DNA of 64,000 bases from contig OZ243037.1 in assembly GCA_965212015.1 (NCBI GenBank), positions 288,001-352,000 of the forward strand, read 5' to 3'. Source of the stretch: Cenarchaeum sp. (GTDB lineage Archaea; Thermoproteota; Nitrososphaeria; Nitrososphaerales; Nitrosopumilaceae). Under the pieces are notes generated by a model that saw nothing but the letters and a program-made list of their open reading frames with translations, searched no databases and was not told the DNA's origin. Numbering within the stretch: the first letter of the stretch is position 1; the number at the start of each line of letters is the position of its first letter. Position numbers and translations under genes: made by a program. Positions 30,622 to 39,247 of the stretch are shown one piece after another.

Positions 30622-31917
30622 ATGGCAAAATATACCATATCGGAGGACATTCACAACTATGCCCGCAAGATGGAACGGGGCAGAAAGAGGCTCCTGGCGC
30701 ACCCCAGCGGCAAGACTGCCATCGAGTTCCTGGCCGAGCTGGGCCTGCGGGGAATCACTCCTGCAAGGCAGTGCCTGTACCTTGACCGCCTGTTTACCAT
30801 AATGAAGCAGCTTGAAAAGAGCGGGGTGCATATAAGAGACGTTTCGACCGCGCAGTGCAAGGAAATGCTTGCCGACATTATAGCGGGCGACTATGCCGGC
30901 GAGACAAAATCGGCGTATGCCATGTGCCTGCAAAGATTCGTCCACTATGCAAAGACCGGCCTCATCGGCGACCGCCGCACCGGATATGCCGAGGAGGTTG
31001 CCTGGATTATGCCCTCAAAGTACAGGGGCAGAAGATCAAACGTCAGGAAAAAGGACCTGCTGACGCCCGAAGAGTTTGTAAAAATTGTAAAATGCACCAA
31101 AAGCGTCCGGGACAGGGCCATGCTCTGGGTAATGTACGAGGGCGCGTTCCGCCCAGGCGAGATGCTCAACATGCGCGTCGGCGGCATAGAGTTTGCCGAC
31201 GAGTATGTGATAATCAGCACGCACGGCAAGACCGACCAAAAATCTGTCGCCCTGGTCTTTGCGTTCCGTCCCCTGCTGGACTGGCTTGAGGAGCATCCGC
31301 TGTACGATGACCCCGACGCGCCATTATGGTGGTCAAAGTGGTCGCACAACGGATGTGTAAACTATCCCACGCTAAGCAAGGTAGTCACGGTATCTGCCGC
31401 CCGCGCGGGAATAACAAAGCGCGTCTGGGGATACCTGCTGAGGCACTCGCAACTGACGCATCTTGCCACAAAGCTTCCTGACCAGATCCTGCGCGTGTAC
31501 GGCAACTGGTCCCCCGGCTCCAGGATGGTGTCCCGGTACACGCACCTCTCCTCGCGCGATGCCATGAACGCCGTGCTGAGCCTGCACGGCATTGCGCGCG
31601 AGGAGCCAAAGGGCGGGGGACTGATGGTGTGCCCCCGGTGCAACAAGCGCTCGCCGCCGGACGTCCGGCGCTGCACGGAATGCGGATACATGCTTGACGA
31701 GGCCGCGCGCGCGGCACTGACCCGCGACGATCTGGAAAAATCCAGGATACACAGCGGCACGATAAGCATGCCCGCTAAAACAATCACACCCGCAAAAAAT
31801 GCCGGGTTTAGAGTCACCGTCGACGAGGGGCTGTTTGGGGATGGCATGCCGGAGACGGGCGGGGTCCGGGACGCACAGCCTGGCTCCTTTTCGGACTCGG
31901 CCTATGTCGACGTCTAG
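30622..31917 (+). CDS. Tyrosine recombinase/integrase with C-terminal zinc ribbon
   Basis: FRPGE, HGKT, YLLRHS, RYTHL; CPRC..CTEC; start set by similarity (EDIH) to the paralog N-terminus. Confidence 0.93.
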   Translation: MAKYTISEDIHNYARKMERGRKRLLAHPSGKTAIEFLAELGLRGITPARQCLYLDRLFTIMKQLEKSGVHIRDVSTAQCKEMLADIIAGDYAGETKSAYAMCLQRFVHYAKTGLIGDRRTGYAEEVAWIMPSKYRGRRSNVRKKDLLTPEEFVKIVKCTKSVRDRAMLWVMYEGAFRPGEMLNMRVGGIEFADEYVIISTHGKTDQKSVALVFAFRPLLDWLEEHPLYDDPDAPLWWSKWSHNGCVNYPTLSKVVTVSAARAGITKRVWGYLLRHSQLTHLATKLPDQILRVYGNWSPGSRMVSRYTHLSSRDAMNAVLSLHGIAREEPKGGGLMVCPRCNKRSPPDVRRCTECGYMLDEAARAALTRDDLEKSRIHSGTISMPAKTITPAKNAGFRVTVDEGLFGDGMPETGGVRDAQPGSFSDSAYVDV

Positions 31918-31919
31918 CC

Positions 31920-31947
31920 CGGCAGCCTTTTGCCGCGGTTTTTTTTG
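31920..31947 (+). terminator. Hairpin plus T-tract after the integrase
   Basis: CGGCA-GCCTTT-TGCCG then CGG and T8-9. Confidence 0.55.
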
Positions 31948-31976
31948 CCCTTAAATGGCCCCCGTATTTGTTGCGT

Positions 31977-32807
31977 ATGCTAAAGATTGGACTTGACATC
32001 GGAACCGGGTTTGTAAAGTGCGTGTCCGACTATGGCCGGGTTTGGTTTCCGTCATTATACACAAAAAGAGTACACGGAATCTGGACGGGCAAAATATCGG
32101 AGGCCGTGGGCATGAAGGCAGTGAAAATGCTAAAGACTGCGGGCGTCTCTGCCGTGAGGCCCATAACCCGGGGAACGCCGGATCCCAGATACCAGAAGCA
32201 GGTGGAGCTCTTGATAAAAGAGTCGATGAGGCAGATTCGAAACAGCGCAAAGACCCCGGTGGATGCGGACGAAAAAATCAGGATTGTGGCCGGGCTGCCG
32301 TATCACGCGTTCGGGCACAGGGACGCCATAACCCGCATAGTCAAGAAAACGCTCAATGCCGAAAAATGCTCGGTGGTGGCCCAGGCGTCCGGCACGCTGG
32401 TGGACCTTGGCCGGAGCAGCGGAATCGTGGTATCCATCGGGCAGGGAACCACGGAGATTATAGTGGTGGACGATTACGAGGTAATAGACGGCGACAGCTC
32501 GCAGTGGGCGTCGGATTTTGTCACAAAAAAAATCGGCAGGTTTGCCCACCTGGATGCGGACCTGCTGGGCCAGAACAGGGAGCTCTGCCGAAAATACTCG
32601 CGCATTCTGGCGGAAAACCTGATAGGCGAGATACAGGACATGGCGCAAAGCTATGGCGGCCAGTACCCGATAGCACTGTCAGGCGGGGGCCTCTTGATTC
32701 ACGGGGTGCGCGACGTGCTGGAGGCGGGCCTGAAGGACTTTGAGATTATGGTTCCAGAAGATCCGGTAATGAGCAACGCAATAGGCCTGTACAAGCTGGT
32801 GGAATAA
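31977..32807 (+). CDS. Actin-like ATPase (ParM/StbA/MreB-like)
   Basis: Phosphate-1 IGLDIGTGFVK, phosphate-2 VSIGQGTT, adenosine LSGGG, connect-2 PVMSNAIG. Confidence 0.85.
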   Translation: MLKIGLDIGTGFVKCVSDYGRVWFPSLYTKRVHGIWTGKISEAVGMKAVKMLKTAGVSAVRPITRGTPDPRYQKQVELLIKESMRQIRNSAKTPVDADEKIRIVAGLPYHAFGHRDAITRIVKKTLNAEKCSVVAQASGTLVDLGRSSGIVVSIGQGTTEIIVVDDYEVIDGDSSQWASDFVTKKIGRFAHLDADLLGQNRELCRKYSRILAENLIGEIQDMAQSYGGQYPIALSGGGLLIHGVRDVLEAGLKDFEIMVPEDPVMSNAIGLYKLVE

Positions 32808-32812
32808 ACCCG

Positions 32813-35800
32813 ATGGGCTCTAAACGCTGGAGGCTTGCAAACAAGAGAAAACAAAAGGGGCAGCTTGACTGTGTGAAAAAATTCCTGCCCGCCGCAGACG
32901 GGCTCTCGGCGGTATCGGTGATTGTTCCAATACTGATGGACAAAAAGGAGGCAATTGCGGCCGCCGGCGGCCTGGTCAGCGCGGGCATCCGGAGCTTTGA
33001 GCTGTGGTGGGACGGGGACGAGAAAAGCATGCAGTTTGTCCTGGTCGGCGAGTCGCGCGACATTTCAAACTTTAGGCAGGCCTTTATCAACATGTATCCG
33101 AACGCGAAATTCGAGAATCTTGATCACACCGTACCAAAATGGTTTGAGCGCGATGAACAGTACCAGATATTCGACGTCGGGACGTATCACGGCCACTATA
33201 CGGCGGTATTTGACAAGGCCAAGGCGCACCAGATAATCTCACAGATTACAAACACCGTACAGCTCTCAAAGTTTGCCTGGATACAGTTCGTGTTCCGAAA
33301 CTATGCCTTTAACAAGTTTTTGCGCAGGCACGTAACGCGGCTCGACGAAAAGGCAAGGGAGATAAAATCCGGAAACTATCTGAGCACGACTGACATTCTC
33401 ATGCACCCGGACAAAAAGCCGCACGCGCATCCGGAGCAGGGGTACGACTTTGGAAACAACTATCCGGGGCTACAAAAGCACGCCACGTTAAAGACGCAGA
33501 GCTCCCACCTTCTCATGAGCATACGCGGCATGATAAGGAGCGATTCGGAGATAAACCTGCACTTTGACGAGATAGAGGCGCTTCCGGTGGAGAGCATCCA
33601 CTCTGGCCACGAGCACCTTACAAAATTCAGGTACAAGTACGAGAATTTTTGCGCCAAGGATCCCAAAAAGACCCGCGTGCGAGTCGAGGGACAAAAGGAC
33701 CGCCCGCAGAGAATGGACATGTTCGAGTCCCGGCTCCTGCCGGATCCGGAGCCGTTTTTGGACTCGGCAATCGGGAAATACTTTGACAAGGGGATTTTCA
33801 GCTATCGCGAGAGGGAGTCCCTGCCGTTTCTCATACTGAATCTTTCGGAGATGCCGCTGTTTGTCCACCTGCCAAACGCGACAACGCCAAATATCGGCAC
33901 CACCCGCGGCGTCACGCTTCCGGCAAAGCCGTCAGAAAAACAGGGGGCAAACATCGGGTTCTTTGGGATAAAAAAGGACTATGACTGGCAGTCGATATGG
34001 GGGATTACGGCAAAGTCAAAGGACATTGATGCGGCGGTAATATCGCCTACAGACTTTGCCAACCATTTCTACTGCGTGGGCGCCTCGGGCTCCGGCAAGA
34101 CGTCCCTTATCCGCCTTTTTGCCAAGCACCTGGAGGCGTGGAACAAAAACAAGGAGTTTCCAAACGCGTTCATATACGTGGATCCAAAGGGGGACGACTC
34201 TCACAAATTCGTCAAGCAGTGCGCCCCGGAGACGGTGCGCGGCGGCATGGTCCATTTTCTGGATCCCCAGGAGACGAAATTCTCGATAAACCCGCTGGAG
34301 CTGCCGCCGTACCAGGAGAACGAGCGCGAGGAGGTAGTCTCTAGATACGTCGGCTATTTCATGAAGACCATAGAGGAGTGGTACCAGCAGTCGACAAGCT
34401 TTGTGCAGATGGAGAGGATATTTCGCGCGCTTTTGTTTTACATATACATGAGGCACGACTCGCCCACGTTTCTTGACATACACGACATCATACTGCGGCT
34501 ACAAAGCAACGGAAACAATGCGCTGCCGTATATAATCAAGATTTTTGGCACGCCGGATCCGGAGATGCTGCAGGCCCTTGAGAGCATTTCCGGGCTAAAG
34601 GGTGACGCCTTTGTGCCCCTGCTCAACAGGATAGAGCAGTTTGCCACGGATCCCATACTAAAGAGAATGTTCTCGGTCAGGCACGGAACGGTCGACTTTG
34701 ACGAGATTATACAGCCAGGAAGCTGTACCATTGTCCGGATATCCCCGCTCAACATGCCCCACCACGTCCAGCCGCTTGCCATGCAGGCGTTCATACTAAA
34801 GCTGTGGTTTACCATACAGGAGCGCGCAAACAAGGTACAGGACGAAAAGGACCGCACACAGGTGATTCTGGCGCTCGACGAGTTCCAGATAGTCAAGGAT
34901 CTGCAGGTATTACAGCTCATGCTGGAGCAGGCAAGATCCCTGGGACTCGGGCTTGTCCTGTCACACCAGACCACCGAGCAGATAAGCGACAAGCAGCTCG
35001 GGATAATATCGGGCAATTCTGGAACCCAGCTTGTCGGAAAGGTAAACGGAAAGGACGCAGGAAGGCTCTCCCAGATCTGGGATCCACAGTTCCAGGGCGA
35101 GCTCCTGCAGCAGCTGGCAAGCCAGGAATACTTTCACTGGACCGTGCGCGAAAAGGCGCCGCTGGGCCAGGAACAGCCTCCCCCGACACAATTCTGGCTG
35201 AACCGGCCGCCCGACCTGCTCACTACGGGCGCCGAATACGACGCGTTTGTGGCATCCCAGCTTGCCAAATACGGCAGGGGCGCAGTCGAAGAGTCGTCCA
35301 TAAAGCAGATTGCCGCAGAGAGGAACAAATGGCTTGAAAGCATAACAGTCCGGTTTCCCAGCCAGATTGAATGGAGAATAATGCTGATGCTGTTAAAGGG
35401 GCCCATGCGGCAGGCAGACATGGTGGACAGGCTCAAGGTCTCAAACAGGTCCGAGGTGTTCGACGCCCTCGGCAGTATGGAGTCCAGAAAGATCGTGGTC
35501 AGGACTGATGATACCAGAACCTCCCCGTACGAGCTTGCCAGAAAGGCGAAAAAAGACTATTTTAAACACGATTCAGGCGAGATTGGATCCGCAGAAGAGA
35601 TAGAGGAGGTGACAAAAAGGGTAGTCGAGATGTACCAGAAAAGGGAATCCTTTGTAGCCGTGGCCTCCCAGAAGATAAGAAAGGGCCGGGACAGGACGGA
35701 TCTGGTGGCCTATGACTATGATACAGAGACGGCCATCAGCGTGGAGATAGAGTCGGTCAGCGAGGTACAGAGCCACAAGGAGCACGTCCGGTACAACATG

Positions 35801-35923
35801 GTAAAGTGGAGGGACATGGGCTTTCAGGAATGCCATGTCTGGTCCAAGAGCCCCAGGATCCGGCAGATCTACGAGAGCCTCGATCCCGAGGAGAAACTCG
35901 GGGTCAGAACGGGCGTCATTTGA
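32813..35923 (+). CDS. VirD4/TraG/HerA-like P-loop ATPase with C-terminal wHTH and PD-(D/E)XK-like domain
   Basis: GASGSGKT, YVDPKGD, INPL, LALDEFQ, RSLGLGLVLSHQ; C-terminal TDLVAYD...SVEIES; true start may be GTG 32918. Confidence 0.85.
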   Translation: MGSKRWRLANKRKQKGQLDCVKKFLPAADGLSAVSVIVPILMDKKEAIAAAGGLVSAGIRSFELWWDGDEKSMQFVLVGESRDISNFRQAFINMYPNAKFENLDHTVPKWFERDEQYQIFDVGTYHGHYTAVFDKAKAHQIISQITNTVQLSKFAWIQFVFRNYAFNKFLRRHVTRLDEKAREIKSGNYLSTTDILMHPDKKPHAHPEQGYDFGNNYPGLQKHATLKTQSSHLLMSIRGMIRSDSEINLHFDEIEALPVESIHSGHEHLTKFRYKYENFCAKDPKKTRVRVEGQKDRPQRMDMFESRLLPDPEPFLDSAIGKYFDKGIFSYRERESLPFLILNLSEMPLFVHLPNATTPNIGTTRGVTLPAKPSEKQGANIGFFGIKKDYDWQSIWGITAKSKDIDAAVISPTDFANHFYCVGASGSGKTSLIRLFAKHLEAWNKNKEFPNAFIYVDPKGDDSHKFVKQCAPETVRGGMVHFLDPQETKFSINPLELPPYQENEREEVVSRYVGYFMKTIEEWYQQSTSFVQMERIFRALLFYIYMRHDSPTFLDIHDIILRLQSNGNNALPYIIKIFGTPDPEMLQALESISGLKGDAFVPLLNRIEQFATDPILKRMFSVRHGTVDFDEIIQPGSCTIVRISPLNMPHHVQPLAMQAFILKLWFTIQERANKVQDEKDRTQVILALDEFQIVKDLQVLQLMLEQARSLGLGLVLSHQTTEQISDKQLGIISGNSGTQLVGKVNGKDAGRLSQIWDPQFQGELLQQLASQEYFHWTVREKAPLGQEQPPPTQFWLNRPPDLLTTGAEYDAFVASQLAKYGRGAVEESSIKQIAAERNKWLESITVRFPSQIEWRIMLMLLKGPMRQADMVDRLKVSNRSEVFDALGSMESRKIVVRTDDTRTSPYELARKAKKDYFKHDSGEIGSAEEIEEVTKRVVEMYQKRESFVAVASQKIRKGRDRTDLVAYDYDTETAISVEIESVSEVQSHKEHVRYNMVKWRDMGFQECHVWSKSPRIRQIYESLDPEEKLGVRTGVI

Positions 35924-36302
35924 TCCGGAGTTTTTCCAACCTGCTGGGTTCGGGCTTTTCCTGATCCTCGGATTCTTCTGAATCTTCCGGCTCTTCCGGG
36001 GGTGCGGTTTTTTTGGCGGGACGCCTACCGTGCCGCACCGTCTTTTTCTCGCTGCGCGACTGTTCCATGATTGACTCCATGGCCGCCTCGTACTTGTCCA
36101 TCTCGCCGATGTCCTTTTTTGTCAGCTCGCGTCCCAGCGGTTTTAGCATTACCTTGCCGTTGGTTCCGTAGAACCGTATGGTCTGGCCTGCCTCCACCCC
36201 GAGTATGTCCACCATTCTGGTCGGAACCGTAATGACATAGGATCCGTTGTCCTTTTTCTGCAGTATTCTTTCGTGTACCTTTTTGCCATCCATTACCCAC
36301 AA
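35916..36302 (-). CDS. AbrB/MazE/SpoVT-fold DNA-binding protein with charged tail
   Basis: GSYVITVP..MVDILGVEAGQTI; low-complexity acidic C-terminus. Confidence 0.8.
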   Translation of the reverse strand: MWVMDGKKVHERILQKKDNGSYVITVPTRMVDILGVEAGQTIRFYGTNGKVMLKPLGRELTKKDIGEMDKYEAAMESIMEQSRSEKKTVRHGRRPAKKTAPPEEPEDSEESEDQEKPEPSRLEKLRIK

Positions 36303-36329
36303 AAGTGCTGTTGCATAAAAGGCCGATTA

Positions 36330-36477
36330 TCGACACCGAAAGCGTCGATTGTCGCCCCCGAAAGCGCTTTCGACTCTTTTTTGTCGACACCGAAAGCGTC
36401 GATTGTCGCCCCCGAAAGCGCTTTCGACTCTTTTTTTATGGCACAAAAGGAGTCGAAAACCGACACCGAAAGCGTCG
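36330..36477 (+). repeat. Two 54-bp-period direct repeats plus a partial copy (five CCGAAAGCG cores); iteron/centromere-like
   Basis: 36330-36382 equals 36384-36436; CGACACCGAAAGCGTCG again at 36461; TTTCGACTC is inverted to GAGTCGAAA near 36450. Confidence 0.9.
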
Positions 36478-36715
36478 CCATAATGCGGCTAGGCGCGGAT
36501 TTTCCCTTCGCATTTACCTTACAAAACAAAAAAACGAATCCTGATCAGCAAAGACATTAAGTCTTTTTCCCAAGGCTCCCTAGCGGGAGCCTCACACCAA
36601 ACCACGTCGGGCTATAGGCCAGCCCGGCTACCCAAGGACCATCCCGGGCCGGCAGAGCCGGCCCTCTTGCCCAGAACCATCCGGGCCGGAGTCCCGGCCC
36701 GGACAGGATACGAGT

Positions 36716-36994
36716 CCGTACAGGTCACCAAGGCCCGTACAGGTCACCAAGGCCCGTACAGGTCACCAAGGCCCGTACAGGTCACCAAGGCCCGTACAGG
36801 TCACCAAGGCCCGTACAGGTCACCAAGGCCCGTACAGGTCACCAAGGCCCGTACAGGTCACCAAGGCCCGTACAGGTCACCAAGGCCCGTACAGGTCACC
36901 AAGGCCCGTACAGGTCACCAAGGCCCGTACAGGTCACCAAGGCCCGTACAGGTCACCAAGGCCCGTACAGGTCACCAAGGCCCGTACAGGTCAC
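36716..36994 (+). repeat. Perfect 19-bp tandem array (CAGGTCACCAAGGCCCGTA), about 14.7 copies
   Basis: CAGGTCAC recurs every 19 nt from 36721 to 36987; no spacers. Confidence 0.97.
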
Positions 36995-37041
36995 ATGATC
37001 AAGGGGGGCTAGTTTTAATCATAAAAACCACCAAACTGGTG

Positions 37042-38271
37042 TTATTTCCCACGGGTCTTTGTCAAATATCTTTTACGCGCCTTTACCTCCGGCCTCTGAC
37101 CGTATTCTTTCTGGTATTTCTGGATCTTTTTCTTCACCTCCGGCCTCTGGCGGTTTTTTCTGATCCGCGCCTTTACCTCCGGCTTTTGGTCGTATTTTTT
37201 CTGATATTCCAGCTGACGATTCCTCACCTCCGGCCTTTGAAGGTATTTTCTGAGCCTTTCTTTTACCTCCGGCCTATGGCGATACTTTCTGATCCGTTCC
37301 TTTACCTCCGGCCTTTGAAAGTACCTTCTGCTCTGTTCCTTCACCTCCGGCCTTTGAAAGTATTTCCTGATCTTTTCCTTGACCTCCGGCCTATGGTTGT
37401 ATTTTTTCATGTATTTCTGGCGATTTTTCCTCACCTCCGGCCTCTGACGGTATTTCCTGGACTTTTTCTTTACCTCCGGCTTCTGAGAATATTCTCTCGC
37501 GTATTTCCTGATCCTTTTCTTTACCTCCGGCCTCTGGCGATATTCTAGATCGTATTCCCTCTTTAGCTTCCTCGTCTCCGGCCTCTGAAGATATTTACTG
37601 AGCCTTTTCTTTACCTCCGGCCTCTGGCGGTATTCCCTCTTGTACTTCCTGAGATTTTTCTTTACCTCCGACCTCTGAGAATATTCCCTCGCGTATTTCT
37701 TGATCCTTTTCTTTACCTCCGGCCTCTGGCGGTATTTCCTGACCCGCTTCTTTACCTCCGGCCTCTGGCTGTATTCCTTTTGCCGCTTCCTTACCTCCGG
37801 CCTCCGGATATATTTTTTCTGTCGTTCCAGATTCTGTTTTTTTACCTCCGGCCTCCGGCTGTATTCTTTCTGGTATTTCTGGATCCACTTCTTTACCTCC
37901 GGCCTTTGGCGGTTTTTTCTGAGCCTTTCTTTTACCTCCGACCTCTGACGGTATTCCCTGACCCATTTCTTTACCTCCGACCTTTGCTGGTATTCCCTCT
38001 GGTATTCCCGGTGATATTTTCTGAGCTTTAGCCGTCTGGCCTGAAATTCCTTTTGCTTTTTCCGATAGTATTCCCACTGGTACTTTCTGAGTTTCTCCTT
38101 GGCCGATACACTGGATTTTGCCTTGGATTTCCCACGGGTATTTTTTGCCTCCGATTTTGCCCGGCTTTTCCTGTTTTTGGCCAGTATCTTCTTCCGATTT
38201 TTCCGATAGTATTCCCTCTGGCGTCTCAGCCTCTCCAGCCTTTTTTTGGCTGATTCCTTGGGTTTTGCCAA
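37042..38271 (-). CDS. Highly basic helical-repeat protein (21 xQRPEVK repeats of 13 or 17 aa)
   Basis: Open frame to 38367; TTG 38271 preferred because it avoids overlap with the divergent gene; repeat spacings are always 39 or 51 nt. Confidence 0.8.
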   Translation of the reverse strand: MAKPKESAKKRLERLRRQREYYRKNRKKILAKNRKSRAKSEAKNTRGKSKAKSSVSAKEKLRKYQWEYYRKKQKEFQARRLKLRKYHREYQREYQQRSEVKKWVREYRQRSEVKERLRKNRQRPEVKKWIQKYQKEYSRRPEVKKQNLERQKKYIRRPEVRKRQKEYSQRPEVKKRVRKYRQRPEVKKRIKKYAREYSQRSEVKKNLRKYKREYRQRPEVKKRLSKYLQRPETRKLKREYDLEYRQRPEVKKRIRKYAREYSQKPEVKKKSRKYRQRPEVRKNRQKYMKKYNHRPEVKEKIRKYFQRPEVKEQSRRYFQRPEVKERIRKYRHRPEVKERLRKYLQRPEVRNRQLEYQKKYDQKPEVKARIRKNRQRPEVKKKIQKYQKEYGQRPEVKARKRYLTKTRGK

Positions 38272-38350
38272 TGTGTGATGTCTTGTTTGGGAATTATTAT
38301 TGATTGTTTTTTGGGCATGGTTTATTTGCCGGGTTTGTAATGGGGCAATA

Positions 38351-38800
38351 ATGGCGGGATTTTCCAAAATCTATTGCATAGGCGGGCTTGGAGGCCATAT
38401 GGGGGCAGACGGCATAAACCCGATTCACTTTCAAATCCTCATAGGAAACAGCGACAGAATGTGGCTGGAGTCAAGATATTTTGACGATAAATTCAAGCCG
38501 ATTGGAAAAATCCATATCATAGTTCCAAAGGCGCCCGATGATCCAAACGCGTTGATAGACGCCTGTATCGCATTCGCGCCGGATTTGTTTGAAGGCCTGC
38601 CGTCCATGAAAGAGACGAAGGAGATTTTGGCAGAGCATACAAGGCTGGATTTTGGCCTGAGGGCAGACGAAATTCCCGACATCTGGAAGACGTTGAGAAA
38701 AGAGGCCATGCCGATTTTTGAGAAACTGCACATTTTTGCAGGTCCATTAACCGAACTTGATGTGGACAAAAAATATCTTGCCAAACCAGGGTGGTATTGA
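38351..38800 (+). CDS. Hypothetical protein
   Basis: MAGFSKIYCIGG..GADGINP; globular composition. Confidence 0.75.
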   Translation: MAGFSKIYCIGGLGGHMGADGINPIHFQILIGNSDRMWLESRYFDDKFKPIGKIHIIVPKAPDDPNALIDACIAFAPDLFEGLPSMKETKEILAEHTRLDFGLRADEIPDIWKTLRKEAMPIFEKLHIFAGPLTELDVDKKYLAKPGWY

Positions 38801-38903
38801 GAGCATTAGGCGTGTCTGTTTCAACCCTCCATGAATATGGGTCTCCGACATTTCCGTAATTATCCAAAAAACCCCCCTTAAATCAAATTAAAACTAAAGT
38901 AGT

Positions 38904-39140
38904 ATGGAAGAAAACCAAGTGGTGTATCCAAGAAACATCCAGCACGTCAGCGGCTCGTTTATGATGAACATTCCGTCCCCTATAGCAAGGAAATTGCGTC
39001 TTGTCAAGGGCCAGTGTATTATGGTGGGCGAGTCCGACGGGAGGATAATCATCAAGCCCGTGGACATGGGGGTGGCAAAACGGATTCTTGGTTATGGCAC
39101 GATACCGGCAAAACCGGATGGCATTCCGGCCTCTCAATAG
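38904..39140 (+). CDS. AbrB/MazE/SpoVT-fold DNA-binding protein
   Basis: GSFMMNIP..IARKLRLVKGQ...DGRIIIKP. Confidence 0.8.
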   Translation: MEENQVVYPRNIQHVSGSFMMNIPSPIARKLRLVKGQCIMVGESDGRIIIKPVDMGVAKRILGYGTIPAKPDGIPASQ

Positions 39141-39247
39141 CTTGGAACTGTAATTCACATTATTGCGGGATTGGTACCGACACTCATATTCCGTCGGACA
39201 TTCATTCTGGCGTGTTTTTTCTTTCATCAATATTTGATGATATTGTG

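Noticed and set aside
36716-36994. 19-bp array as a CRISPR array
   Set aside because: Units are contiguous with no spacers, and there are no cas genes in the window.
36667-37548. 293-aa plus-strand ORF
   Set aside because: Read-through of the tandem array plus the antisense shadow of the repeat gene.
37080-37990. Recurrent TTTACCTCCGGCCTCTG with variable intervening DNA as a CRISPR-like array
   Set aside because: Spacings are 39 or 51 nt, the intervening sequences resemble each other, and the minus frame stays open: it is a coding repeat.
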